DNA of 64,000 nucleotides from Candidatus Latescibacterota bacterium (GTDB taxonomy: Bacteria; Latescibacterota; UBA2968; SICM01). The stretch is taken from contig CBDCJO010000002.1 of NCBI GenBank assembly GCA_965217865.1, forward strand, positions 384,001 through 448,000, given 5' to 3'. Positions 38,807 to 48,815 of this stretch are shown in pieces; the stretch's first letter is position 1; each line of letters starts with the position of its first letter. Made by a program: the position numbers and the translations under genes. Under the pieces are notes generated by a model. It made no database searches. It had not been told where the DNA came from and saw only the letters and a program-made list of their open reading frames with translations.

Positions 38807-41053
38807 TTGATGGTGGAAGCTAACCGAAGTGAAGTATTGATCAGCGATCTGAGCCGATGCGTGCCGATTGACACGGTCGGCGAGGGTGAGATAGATCGGC
38901 AAACCGTGATGGTCTCGGATTTCAGTGTGTGTCAACCGGGGATTTACGTCTCGACCGAGCCCCAGGTTCCGGGGATCTGGCAGTTGCTGGACTATGAGGC
39001 GGGCGAGGTGAAGGGTATCGCGCTGTTCGGTACGCAGAACACCCGGGCGCAGCCGGTTGTGGTTCCGTTAAGAGAACAAAACCTCCGTGGATGGTACGAA
39101 ATTCGTTACGGTATGTGGGACGTGAGCGGACCGAGCCACCGGCCCCCGGGAGAGGGCCTGCGGGCAAAGCTCACGGACGATCCGGCCTGGTCAGTCTGGC
39201 GGTCGGACATGCAGGTTAAGCGAGCCGAGGTTGTGGAGCACGTATGGAAGATCGCGGACCTGACCGGACAGGACCTGCACCTGGCGCAGATTCCGTGGAT
39301 GAAGGACCTGACGCTGAGAGGCTTGTTGGCGTGGGTCAAGCTTATCCCCATCCCGACCCCAACCGGGGTGAACACCCACACCGATACCTGGAGATTGACT
39401 GAATATCAGGCTTCAGAGTCTGGCACTGCTCCCGGCATCGCGATCGAAGCGGACGAGGACTGCCTGGGCTGCGAGGCCATCTTACACCTGGAGGATAGGT
39501 CCCTTAGTGGGTGGTATGATATCTATGCCGCGCTTTATGATCCGGGGTCTCCATATGACAGGTATTATTACAGTGGCCTGGATATGAAGCTGACCGACGA
39601 TTTGAGTTTCTACTATCTTTCGCTCTACTCTCCGATCATTCCGAACGTTACGAAACCTTTCCCCGCGAAACGCAGCCTGCTTCGAGAGCGGTTCTGGAAA
39701 CGAGCGAAAATGGACGGACAGAATATCCACCTCCGACAGACACGCTCAACAGACGAGGTCAGGCACGGTTATAAGCCGGATTATGCCCCGTTCAACGTTC
39801 GGTGCGGCGTCGCTTGGGTTCGCCTTGTCCAGGTCAAATCCCCAGCCCAGCCCTCTGCGGCGGCCCGGCCGGCGAGGCCTCGCCTCGTCCAATGGTCGGA
39901 TCTGCAACACGGTCAGGTCAATACGGAGGGCGAGGTGCGCGTTCAGCTAGACTGGCTTCGGGCTGAGCCTTATAACACGTTCCTGCTGGATATCAACGGC
40001 GCCCCGGACAAAACCCGGTACCCGACCAGAATCGGTCGGGCTATGGACAAGTACGAGGTTGTGCTCCGTTACATCGACAGCCGAATGATCGAGACGAATG
40101 CGGAAATGATCCGCAATGGGGTGAATTGCCTGGCCGTCTGGGCGGACGAGGCCAGGAAACTCGGACTGGACTTCTGGATCTTTTTCCGCCTCGGCGCCTG
40201 GGGATACGCTCAACCCTGGCAGGTCTTCGGCGGGCCGTTCTTCAAGGAGCATCCGGAGTGCCTGGCTGTGGACAAAGACGGGAGCCTCTGGCATACGATG
40301 AGTTACGCGTTTCCGGCTGTGAGAAAGTACATGGTGGATCTCTACCAAGAGGTGATCGAGATCAGCCGTTCGGAGGGCGGGAGGTGCGACGGGATCGTAC
40401 TCGGCTTCTGCCGGGGTCCTATCTTTCTGGGTTACGAGCCCCACGTCTGTGAGGCCTTCGAGGAGGAATTCGGAGATGATCCACGGCAGCTTCCCGATGA
40501 GGATGCCTGCTGGCTGAAGTTCCGGGCGCGCTACCTGACAAAACTCCTGGAGGACCTTCGCCCCATGGTCGACCAGGAATCAGCCAAACAGGGAGGGAAT
40601 ATCCAGCTCGTGGCAGACGCCTACGGCAACGAGGCGATCAATCTGCGTTTCGGGCTGGACGTGCGGGACTGGGTGGAAAAGGGCCTTCCCAACGTGATCC
40701 AGGTCCACGGAAACTTTGCCGGGGGGGCGTTCGACCGCGAATTTTACAAAGAGATCAAGGCCCTGGGTAAAGGCAGCGTTGAGATCATCATCGGGGGTTT
40801 AGACGTGCTCGAATTTGAACAATGGAAGAAGGAGTATTTAAATGATTTCGATGGGCTCGCGATGGATGGCCCCCTCTCGCCCCGGGGGTTCGACGAGACA
40901 CATCCAATCAAACGGGAAGGGAATCTGTCTCTGGACACCTCCTCTCCCCCGATATCTCGAACGCCAGCACCCGGCGAGATCACCGGCCAGTCCCGGGTCG
41001 ACCGGATTCAGGGTCTGAATATCGGAAAACCTTTCTACGCAGCCGGGCTTTAG
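38807..41053 (+). CDS. GHL10-like glycosyl hydrolase with two N-terminal beta modules
   Basis: Paralog of 31993-33720: WKIADLTGQDL and WKRAKMDGQNI modules, MSYAFPAVR, DGIVLGFCRGP, LDVRDWVEKGL. Confidence 0.7.
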   Translation: MMVEANRSEVLISDLSRCVPIDTVGEGEIDRQTVMVSDFSVCQPGIYVSTEPQVPGIWQLLDYEAGEVKGIALFGTQNTRAQPVVVPLREQNLRGWYEIRYGMWDVSGPSHRPPGEGLRAKLTDDPAWSVWRSDMQVKRAEVVEHVWKIADLTGQDLHLAQIPWMKDLTLRGLLAWVKLIPIPTPTGVNTHTDTWRLTEYQASESGTAPGIAIEADEDCLGCEAILHLEDRSLSGWYDIYAALYDPGSPYDRYYYSGLDMKLTDDLSFYYLSLYSPIIPNVTKPFPAKRSLLRERFWKRAKMDGQNIHLRQTRSTDEVRHGYKPDYAPFNVRCGVAWVRLVQVKSPAQPSAAARPARPRLVQWSDLQHGQVNTEGEVRVQLDWLRAEPYNTFLLDINGAPDKTRYPTRIGRAMDKYEVVLRYIDSRMIETNAEMIRNGVNCLAVWADEARKLGLDFWIFFRLGAWGYAQPWQVFGGPFFKEHPECLAVDKDGSLWHTMSYAFPAVRKYMVDLYQEVIEISRSEGGRCDGIVLGFCRGPIFLGYEPHVCEAFEEEFGDDPRQLPDEDACWLKFRARYLTKLLEDLRPMVDQESAKQGGNIQLVADAYGNEAINLRFGLDVRDWVEKGLPNVIQVHGNFAGGAFDREFYKEIKALGKGSVEIIIGGLDVLEFEQWKKEYLNDFDGLAMDGPLSPRGFDETHPIKREGNLSLDTSSPPISRTPAPGEITGQSRVDRIQGLNIGKPFYAAGL

Positions 41054-41093
41054 AGGATTGTTACTAAAGTCAAACTGTACTTTAGGCGACATC

Positions 41094-41340
41094 CCCCTTC
41101 CCTTTAGGGAAGCCACGTCCTGAGCGAAGTCGAAGGAGGGGCTCAGGGGGTTTGACACCCGATCGATTTTTTTACGTTCGTCAAAACTACCCTGAATTTG
41201 AAGAGGTTTTTCAATCTTCAATCCTCGATCTTCAATTTTCCCCGATCCCTGCTCTGACATCCGACCCCCGACTTTGCACTCTCCATTTCGCATTTTGCAT
41301 TTTCCCCTGGCCTCCGACCCCCGACCTCTGGCCCCTGACT
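41094..41340. repeat. REP-like element plus heptamer tandem repeats
   Basis: GGGAAGCCACGTCCTGAGCGAAGTCGAAGGAGGGGC is shared with 17409-17445. TCTTCAA, CCCCCGA and TTTTGCA heptamers. Confidence 0.7.
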
Positions 41341-43244
41341 TTTTCATTTCCAAGGCCTCGCTGATGACTTCGGCGACCTTCGCGATGATCAGGGGCTTCG
41401 GTAGAAACCCGGAAAGGCCTTGTGGAAGACCCTCGGACTCTCTCCCCTCCTCGAGAGGATAGCCCGTCATCGCCACCATCCGCACCCCTGGGTCTCTCTT
41501 CGTCAAGGTCTCGAAAAGCTCCTTCCCGCCCATCTTCGGCATCACCATATCGGACAGCACGAGCGCGATCTCATCTCGATGGGCATCAAAAACATTCAAT
41601 GCATCTTCTCCGTTATCTGCAGTAAGAACCCTGTAGTTTAGATTTTCAAGCATATCTTTAACCACCAACCACCTCTTGCATCTCCGGTTCATCTTCGACA
41701 ACCAGAATGGTCTCGTCGCTTCCGCTTTTTACTTCAACCTTGGTTTCTTCAGGCGGGGGTTCGGCCTTGGCGATTTGGGGGATGTAGATCATAAAGGTTG
41801 TCCCCTTTCCGATCTCACTCTTCACGTCGATATAACCCCCGTGCTGCTTCACGATCCCGTAGACCTGAGCCAGCCCCAACCCTGTTCCCTCTCCGGGCTT
41901 TTTGGTCGTGAAAAAGGGCTCGTAGATGTGCTCGATCACTTCGGCCGGCATTCCAGCCCCCTGGTCTGAGACGGTCCACAGAACCCACTCGCCTGGCTCC
42001 ATCTGGGGAATTCGATATTCCCCCCGCTTTCGGAGGCTGCTTTCACCCGGCTCAACCGAGATTCTGGATAGCCCGACACGCAGTTCCCCACCCTCCGGAA
42101 TCGCGTCACGCGCGTTTACCGCCAGGTTTGTGATCACCTGTTGCAACTGAGTCAGGTTAGCCTCTATGATATAATCCCCGGGGCCGAACTCCGCGACCAT
42201 CTTAATGGTCTCGGGAAGGGTTCGTTCGAGAAGCTTGAGAGCTTCCTTCAGGAAGGGAACCAGATCCATTCTACGCCTCTGAACCACGCTTTTTCGGCTG
42301 AAGTCCAGCACCTGCCCGATAAGCTGCGCCGCGCGTTGTCCTTGGGATATGATGCGCTCCAGGTTTCGCCTGTCGCGGTCCTGAAGGTATTCCTTTCTCT
42401 CCAGGATCTGTGCAAACCCGATGATGATTGAGAGCATGTTGTTAAAGTCGTGGGCAATACCCGCGGCAAGCTGACCCACGGCCGCGAGCCGGTCCTGGAG
42501 CTGAACGCGCTCCAGGATCTCACGCTCCTCGGTCACCTCCCGTATCATCAGCACCCAGCCTCCGCCCGATTCACCGCTTTTGATCGCCCGACCCTCAACT
42601 TTAAAAAACCGCTGCGGGGGGCCCTCCGCTTCCACTTCGTGCGCCAACCCATCCCCCCGGGGCGCCAGGATCTCCTCCAACGAAAGTTTTCCGATTCGGA
42701 CAACGTCCTCTCCCTCCGCAGCGTCCGTCAATACGGAAAGATAATCCTCCGCCACAGAGTTGGACATGATCAGATGTCGCCCTCCATCCAAAAGACAGAC
42801 CCCGTCAGGGAGTTGTTCGACAAGATCTGCAAGCTGTGCCTCTCCGACATGTCTTTGTCGAGCTTCTTTACTTTCTAGATCCTCGATGCCTTGACGAATC
42901 GCAGACTTGAGTTCTTCGGCCGTCCAGGGTTTACACAGGTAGTAGTGAATATGGCCCTCATTTACAGCCTTTCTCATAGTATCCAGATCGGAATCGCCGG
43001 TCAGCATGATCCGGTAGACGTTGGGCCAGAGGCCTCGTACTTGGCCCAGGAACTCCGACCCTGTCATTTCGGGCATCCATTGGTCGGCCACGACCACCGC
43101 GGTCCGCTTTGCTTTCATGTGCTTCAGCCCTTCCCGTCCGCTTGAGGCCACGACTACTTCGTAGGGTTCGTCCTTCAGTTCCTGTTTCAGCATCTCGAGC
43201 ACAAGAGACTCATCGTCGACGCATAGGACCGTCATTTTATCCAC
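41340..43244 (-). pseudogene. Hybrid sensor histidine kinase (REC-PAS-HisKA-HATPase-REC), last receiver frameshifted by a 7-bp duplication
   Basis: VLCVDDE, AHDFNN, NLAVNARDA, PFFTTK, GTGLGL. AACCACC x2 at 41660-41673 splits EDEPEMQEVV / KDMLENL. Confidence 0.85.
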
Positions 43245-43458
43245 TTGTGGCCTCCTTAGGCTTTGAGGCGAGACGGGATGGAGACATCAGTTGGAAGGGC
43301 GGACCGTTATGTGACATTTGATTAATATTCCCCTGGTTACCTGAAGCCCGGACGGGGCCAAATCAAGAAAAGGTAATCGGAATGGGATGGATGCCATATA
43401 TTATGTGGAGCGAATTCAAAAAACAAGAAAAAACCCAGTGATCAGGGAGGGTTGTTGG

Positions 43459-44916
43459 ATGAAGGTATTTTTACAGTCTCCTGAAGGCGGGTGGGTAGGC
43501 GACACCATGCCGTTTTTCTGGAAGGGCGAGTACCACATTTTCTACCTGAAGGCTTTCCGGACCCCGGAAAGCGATGAACCGGGATACTCGGTTTATCATA
43601 TAGGGACCCGGAATTTCGTAAACTACACCGACTACGGAGAAGCCATCCCCCGCGGATCTGAGGAGGACCAGGATCACGGCATCTGCACGGGCTGTGTGAT
43701 CCGAAGGAATGGGATTTTCCATTTCTTTTTCGGGGGTGATAATAAGGCTTATCCGGCTCGAGGGAAGTCTCAGCAGGTCCTGATGCACTCCACCAGCAGG
43801 GACCTGGTCCACTGGGTTAAGGATCCCGGGTTCGTCTTTCCTGCGGATGGAGAGATCTACGACCTGCACGACATGGACCTAGGCCTGTCCTATCGCACGC
43901 ATTGGCGTGATCCATATGTCTTCTGGAACGACGAAAAAGGGGAATACTGGATGCTGGTGACCGCAGCCGTTCCGATCGGACCTCATCGGCAAAAGGGTTG
44001 TATTGGGTTGTGCACCTCTAAAGACCTCGAAAACTGGGAATATCGGGAGCCTTTCTGGGCCCCCGGATCGAGTCGGCCGCAGGAGGTTCCGGACCTTTTC
44101 AGGATGGGTGACTGGTGGTACCTGGTCTTCTCGAGGGTCACCACACAGTACAGGATGAGTCGATCCCTCTCGGGTCCGTGGCTTGCCCCGCCACACGAGA
44201 CCTTTGACGGAGGACTCTATTACGCCGGGAAGACGGCCTCGGACGGCCGGCGACGATTTGTCTTCGGATGGAATCCTACAAGGGAAGGAGAATCCGACTC
44301 GGGGGACCCACACTGGGGGGGCAACTTGGTCATCCACGAGCTCGTTCAGCAGGCCGATGGAAGGCTCACGACCAGAGTCCCTGGTGAAATCGATGCTTTG
44401 TTTAGCAATCCTCTGGACATTTCTCCCAGAGGGGTAACCGGGAATTGGGAGACCTCAGATCGGAGAATTTCAGCCGACGCAGCCGACAGCTTCGCCTGGT
44501 GCGCTTTAGCCGAGACCCCAGACACATTCAGGTTGGAAACCTCGATACGGTTTGAGAAGGGAACCCGGGCTTGCGGGGTGTTTCTGCGTGCCGACGAAGA
44601 CCTGAAGGGTTACTATCAATTCCGATTGGAGCCTCAAAGGGGTAGGATCGTGTTCGACAGTTGCTCCAGGCCCGGAGCCCAGCCGTTCGGGCCGGCGTAC
44701 TTGTTAGAACGCCCTGTCGGATTGAAACCGGGCGAGAATGTCGACTTGAAAATTCTCGTCGAAGATTCGACAATCGTTGCATACGTGAATGAAGAAGCCG
44801 CGCTTTCGGCTCGGGGTTATGATCACCGGACCGGCCTTGCCGGTATTTTTGTAAGCGAGGGAAGGGCGATCTTTGAGGAAACATCCCTGAAAACAACTCC
44901 CTCTCAGTCTGGGTAA
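43459..44916 (+). CDS. GH32-family glycoside hydrolase (beta-fructofuranosidase-like)
   Basis: GGAGG RBS. WVGDTMP, WRDP and QEVPDLF catalytic-type motifs, YAGKT, C-terminal beta-sandwich. Confidence 0.85.
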   Translation: MKVFLQSPEGGWVGDTMPFFWKGEYHIFYLKAFRTPESDEPGYSVYHIGTRNFVNYTDYGEAIPRGSEEDQDHGICTGCVIRRNGIFHFFFGGDNKAYPARGKSQQVLMHSTSRDLVHWVKDPGFVFPADGEIYDLHDMDLGLSYRTHWRDPYVFWNDEKGEYWMLVTAAVPIGPHRQKGCIGLCTSKDLENWEYREPFWAPGSSRPQEVPDLFRMGDWWYLVFSRVTTQYRMSRSLSGPWLAPPHETFDGGLYYAGKTASDGRRRFVFGWNPTREGESDSGDPHWGGNLVIHELVQQADGRLTTRVPGEIDALFSNPLDISPRGVTGNWETSDRRISADAADSFAWCALAETPDTFRLETSIRFEKGTRACGVFLRADEDLKGYYQFRLEPQRGRIVFDSCSRPGAQPFGPAYLLERPVGLKPGENVDLKILVEDSTIVAYVNEEAALSARGYDHRTGLAGIFVSEGRAIFEETSLKTTPSQSG

Positions 44917-45009
44917 ACTCTTGGGCAACTTAACGCGTTAAGTATTTGCGCATATTTTCCGAAGGCACGACGGGGTTCCTCTTCGTCTTTCAGACCCTGA
45001 ATCAAAACT

Positions 45010-45275
45010 GTCATCCTGACTCCCTTCACTGCGTTCATGATAAACTCCGGCGAAGCTTTGTCCTGAGCCCTTCGACGGAGTCGTACATCCTGAGCGGAGC
45101 AGCGCGTAAGCGCTGCGTAGTCGAAGGACCACCCCCTGAGCGGAACGAAGTGGAGTCGAAGGGGGAAGCTCGATTTTCAAAAAAACGAAATATCCAAGAG
45201 ATAAAACGATTTCTCTTCGTCAATTAGACAATTCAAACCAAATATGTCATTCTGAGCCGAAGGCGAAGAATCTCT
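45010..45275. repeat. Nested array of TCCTGAGC...TCGAAGG palindromic repeats
   Basis: Several CCTGAGC / GTCGAAGG units; 45086-45128 is an inverted copy of 17311-17353. Confidence 0.7.
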
Positions 45276-45405
45276 GTTTTCGGATACTCTCTGAAAATAA
45301 AAAATAATGAACCCTGGAAATCGACTTTTCCAACCCCCCTACAAAAAAAGAGATCCTTCGCGCACAAAGCCCAGCGGAAGAGCGGAACTTGGTTCGAAAA
45401 CAAAC

Positions 45406-45524
45406 GAGCAACGGTTGGGTGATAGCAAGAACAAGGGCGACCTTGGAGGAGGGGTTGGAAACAAACAAGATGACTCTCGACTCACATGCCATCGGTGGTA
45501 AATGCAAGGCTAATTCTTTTACAC
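45406..45524 (+). repeat. Conserved upstream element, copy B
   Basis: See 27883-28046. Confidence 0.65.
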
Positions 45525-45549
45525 CGGCCGTAAAAACAACAGGGGTATC

Positions 45550-47076
45550 TTGAACATGCATTACTCCCCGAAAGGCATGGCCATATGGGATACCTGGTTC
45601 CTTTCCCACGCCGGGAGGGTGCACTGCATGCACCTTCAACGTCTTCGGAAGGGTTCCGATCGGCCGGATGGCGAAGAGGACTGGATCGGACACGCCGTCA
45701 GCGATGACCTGATCCACTGGGAGGAATTGCCGCTTGTACTCGGACCGGGTCAACCGGGAGGGGGGGACGACCTTCAACCGTGGACGGGATGCCTGATCGA
45801 GCACAATGGAAGTTTTTACCTCTTCTATACGATGCGTTCGAGACGGGACAAGGGGATGTTTCAGGCAATCGGCCTTGCGCTTAGCGATGACCTGACGAAC
45901 TGGCGGCGGTATGAGGGAAATCCCGTCATTGAACCCGACCCCCGGTGGTACGTGAACAAAGCGCACCCCCTGCCCACCGGGAAGGTCGACTGCCGGGATC
46001 TTCTTGTAATTCGAGATCCAAACCGCGACGGATGGCTCGGCTACTACGCGGCCAGCATACCGCCTGATTCCGCCAACGAACGTCCCGAGACTTCCGTGAT
46101 CGCCTGCGTGCAGTCGGGAAACCTTTTGCAATGGGAGCACCTTGAGCCTGCCTTTGCGCCCCGGAAGTACGCCACCATCGAAGTGCCGGATGTGTTCGAG
46201 CTCGACGGGCAGTGGTATATGACCTGTTTGACGGGGCACGGATACGGCAGCAGAGGTATGTTCTCAGATCCCCGGGTCACGTGGGGCACCATCTATGCGC
46301 TCGCAGACCGCCCGCAAGGACCTTACACCGAGCTGTCCGAAAATGTGCTCATCGGGGCCGCGGAACCAAACACAATCAGCTGCAGAAGTGCGGAATTCGA
46401 GGGGCGACGCTACCTCTTCTACACCCTCAAGCAGAAAGACGATCGAACCGACGGAGGGGGGCTTTGCCACGGCGTGTTGAGCACGCCGAAGGAACTTCGA
46501 ACCGGGGGGGGCGGCCGGCTTCTCCCCTGCTATTCGGACCGTGTGGACCCCGGAGAAGAACTCCGACTCAACTGGAATCGTTTCGAAGATGGCAGTCGAG
46601 GGATGATATTCTCTCCCGGCAGATGGAGAGTCGATGGGGGGTGTTGTCGGGGTGTGGTTCGGTCAGGCTGGGGGCGCTATGTTCTGGAGGAACCTCAGGA
46701 GGGCGATTTTCTTCTGTGCGCGCGGGTCCGAATGGAAAAAGGCATCGGGGCCGGGGTTGTCTTCAGACATATGGATGCAAGAAATTCGGCTGCGGCGATC
46801 CTGGATTTCGACGCCCAGGAGATCCTCTACACGGAACTTCCGGAATTTGGGCACATCGAATCCCGGGGGGTAAAACTGGAACGAGGCGAAACCTACTTGC
46901 TTCGAATCCTGGCCTCGGGAGAGTTCATAGAGGTGTATCTCGACGAGGTGCTTCTGCTGCAGGTCCTTCGTTATCGACTGGGGTGCGGGCAGATCGGTCT
47001 GCTCGTCGATCGCGGAACCGCTGAATTCCGGGATCTTTCGATCATTCTGCTGGAGAAGCAACTCAAAACATCATAG
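45550..47076 (+). CDS. GH32/clan GH-J glycoside hydrolase
   Basis: IWDTW, GHAVSDDLIHW, WTGC, CRD, IEVPDVF motifs. Confidence 0.82.
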   Translation: MNMHYSPKGMAIWDTWFLSHAGRVHCMHLQRLRKGSDRPDGEEDWIGHAVSDDLIHWEELPLVLGPGQPGGGDDLQPWTGCLIEHNGSFYLFYTMRSRRDKGMFQAIGLALSDDLTNWRRYEGNPVIEPDPRWYVNKAHPLPTGKVDCRDLLVIRDPNRDGWLGYYAASIPPDSANERPETSVIACVQSGNLLQWEHLEPAFAPRKYATIEVPDVFELDGQWYMTCLTGHGYGSRGMFSDPRVTWGTIYALADRPQGPYTELSENVLIGAAEPNTISCRSAEFEGRRYLFYTLKQKDDRTDGGGLCHGVLSTPKELRTGGGGRLLPCYSDRVDPGEELRLNWNRFEDGSRGMIFSPGRWRVDGGCCRGVVRSGWGRYVLEEPQEGDFLLCARVRMEKGIGAGVVFRHMDARNSAAAILDFDAQEILYTELPEFGHIESRGVKLERGETYLLRILASGEFIEVYLDEVLLLQVLRYRLGCGQIGLLVDRGTAEFRDLSIILLEKQLKTS

Positions 47077-47094
47077 AACCAATAGTCACTCACA

Positions 47095-47248
47095 ATGTCG
47101 GAAACCAGACACAACATTCTGATCCTCTGCTCCGACCAGCATCACCCCCGCTGCGCCGGCTTCAGGGGACATCACGCGGTCCGGACACCGCATCTGGATC
47201 GCCTCGCTCGGCAAGGTACGCATTTCACCCGGGCCTACTGTAACAGCC
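47095..47248 (+). pseudogene. Sulfatase N-terminus cut by IS3
   Basis: NILILCSDQH, RTPHLDRLARQG..F.RAYCNSP; ends just before the CxPxR motif. Confidence 0.85.
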
Positions 47249-47372
47249 CGTATCTTTTGTCTGAGATCGCCCGAAAAAACGGGGGCAAGGTCGAAGCAAG
47301 ATCCTGGTTGCCTGTAGGGTTGAGAAGGGATACATATTTTGGGATATCCCTGACCTCACAGGAGGAGTAAAG

Positions 47373-47708
47373 ATGGAGCAACTGTCCTCAAACAGTGACC
47401 CGGTCAAGAAGCGCAGGAGCTTGTCCCCGGAACAGAAGTATGAGATTTTCCTTGAAGCCAGCCGGGGAGATGTTCCCATTGCACAGGTGCTGCGGAAATG
47501 GGGCATTCATTCCTCGGATCTAAAGCGTATTCGTGAGTCGGTCAAGTCCGGGGCCCTCAAGGAGTTCAAGGGTCGCCGGAGCCGCAAGCCGATGGTATCG
47601 GCTGAGGAGGTGGAGCAGCTGCGCAAAGAGCGGGCACGCCTGGAGCAAACGATCATTGAGCAATCTGTGGAACTTTCCCTGCTAAAAAAAAGTGTGAATG
47701 GGATCTGA
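47373..47708 (+). CDS. IS3 transposase OrfA (HTH)
   Basis: LSPEQKYEIFLE HTH and coiled coil ending LLKK at the frameshift site. Confidence 0.82.
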   Translation: MEQLSSNSDPVKKRRSLSPEQKYEIFLEASRGDVPIAQVLRKWGIHSSDLKRIRESVKSGALKEFKGRRSRKPMVSAEEVEQLRKERARLEQTIIEQSVELSLLKKSVNGI

Positions 47709-47731
47709 CAGGCCCGATCAAGGGCCACCGG

Positions 47732-48763
47732 GTGCAAGCTGAGGTCAAACGCGAGATCCTCTTAATGGTCCATCGGGCCAAGGAGAAAGGGGTGAAACTC
47801 ACCCGTTCTTGCGAGATCCTACAGCTTCCCCTCCAGCGGTATTGTGCCTGGAGCCGGCGAGATCGAGAAGAGAAGCTGGATGGGGTGTCGGACCCGCTTT
47901 TGGATGGGAAGCCCGGGCCCGCCCCTGATGAGGCCCCACACGGATTGCTGAGGGAGGAGAAAGAGCAAATCCCGGCCCTCTTAAGGGATGAGACCTATGC
48001 CGATCTGCCTCCCCATCAGCTGGCGGTGGTAGCCTCAGAGAAGGGGGTAGTGCAGGCCTCGGCCTCCAGCTTCTACCGACAGGCCAGGAAAGAACGTCTG
48101 GCACGCAGGAAACAGGTGAGGACGCCGGTCAAGCAGAGCAAGCCCCAGGTCAAACCTGAAGGTCCTAATCAGGTCTGGAGCTGGGACCTGACCTACATCC
48201 CATTTTTCGGTTTGTTCCTGTATTTTACCGCCATTCTCGACGTGTATTCCAGGAAGATCGTAGGATGGAAGCTCTCCTTCAACGCGACCGTGGAGCAGGT
48301 CAAACAGGCCTGGGATCAAGCCCTTGCCAACGAAGGACTGCTGGACCTGGACACTGGGCCCATAAGCTTGACAGCCCTCTCAGATCACGGATCTCAGATG
48401 AAGGCCAAATCGATGGCCCAATTCTTCAAGGACCTGGGCATCTCGCAGCTGTTTGCCCGATATCAAACACCCACGGACAACGCCTGGATCGAAGCCTTTT
48501 TCCGGACATTCAAATACGACTGGCTGCGCTTCCAGGACATCTTCACATTCCATCAACTGGAAGGCCTGATTGATTCCTTCATTCACAGCTACAACGCCGA
48601 ACGCTATCACGGGGCAATACAGTATGTCACGCCTCTTCAGAGGCATAAAGGCCAGCATCAAAAGATTCTTCACCACCGACAAGGTCGAAAGGAGGAGGCT
48701 CGGCAGCGCCGCATAGAAATCAATCGGCAAAGAACATCCCAGACCATCCACAAGGCTGCCTGA
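47732..48763 (+). CDS. IS3 transposase OrfB (rve/DDE)
   Basis: PNQVWSWDLTY, DVYSRKIVGW, SDHGSQ, DNAWIEAFF, YN.ERYH. Confidence 0.88.
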   Translation: MQAEVKREILLMVHRAKEKGVKLTRSCEILQLPLQRYCAWSRRDREEKLDGVSDPLLDGKPGPAPDEAPHGLLREEKEQIPALLRDETYADLPPHQLAVVASEKGVVQASASSFYRQARKERLARRKQVRTPVKQSKPQVKPEGPNQVWSWDLTYIPFFGLFLYFTAILDVYSRKIVGWKLSFNATVEQVKQAWDQALANEGLLDLDTGPISLTALSDHGSQMKAKSMAQFFKDLGISQLFARYQTPTDNAWIEAFFRTFKYDWLRFQDIFTFHQLEGLIDSFIHSYNAERYHGAIQYVTPLQRHKGQHQKILHHRQGRKEEARQRRIEINRQRTSQTIHKAA

Positions 48764-48815
48764 ATCTTGCTTGGACCTTTATCTGCTTTTCTCTTGTTAT
48801 CTCAGAATAGATACA

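Larger units (their letters stand above)
47249..48815 (+). mobile_element. IS3-family insertion sequence
   Basis: Imperfect TIRs CGTATCTTTTGTCTGAGAT / ATCTCAGAATAGATACA. orfA and orfB with A8G slippery site at 47684-47692. No target duplication seen. Confidence 0.85.

Noticed and set aside
40838-41340. C-terminal extension of ORF 40838-41701
   Set aside because: Translation of heptamer/REP repeats and antisense of the GHL10 gene; not protein-like.
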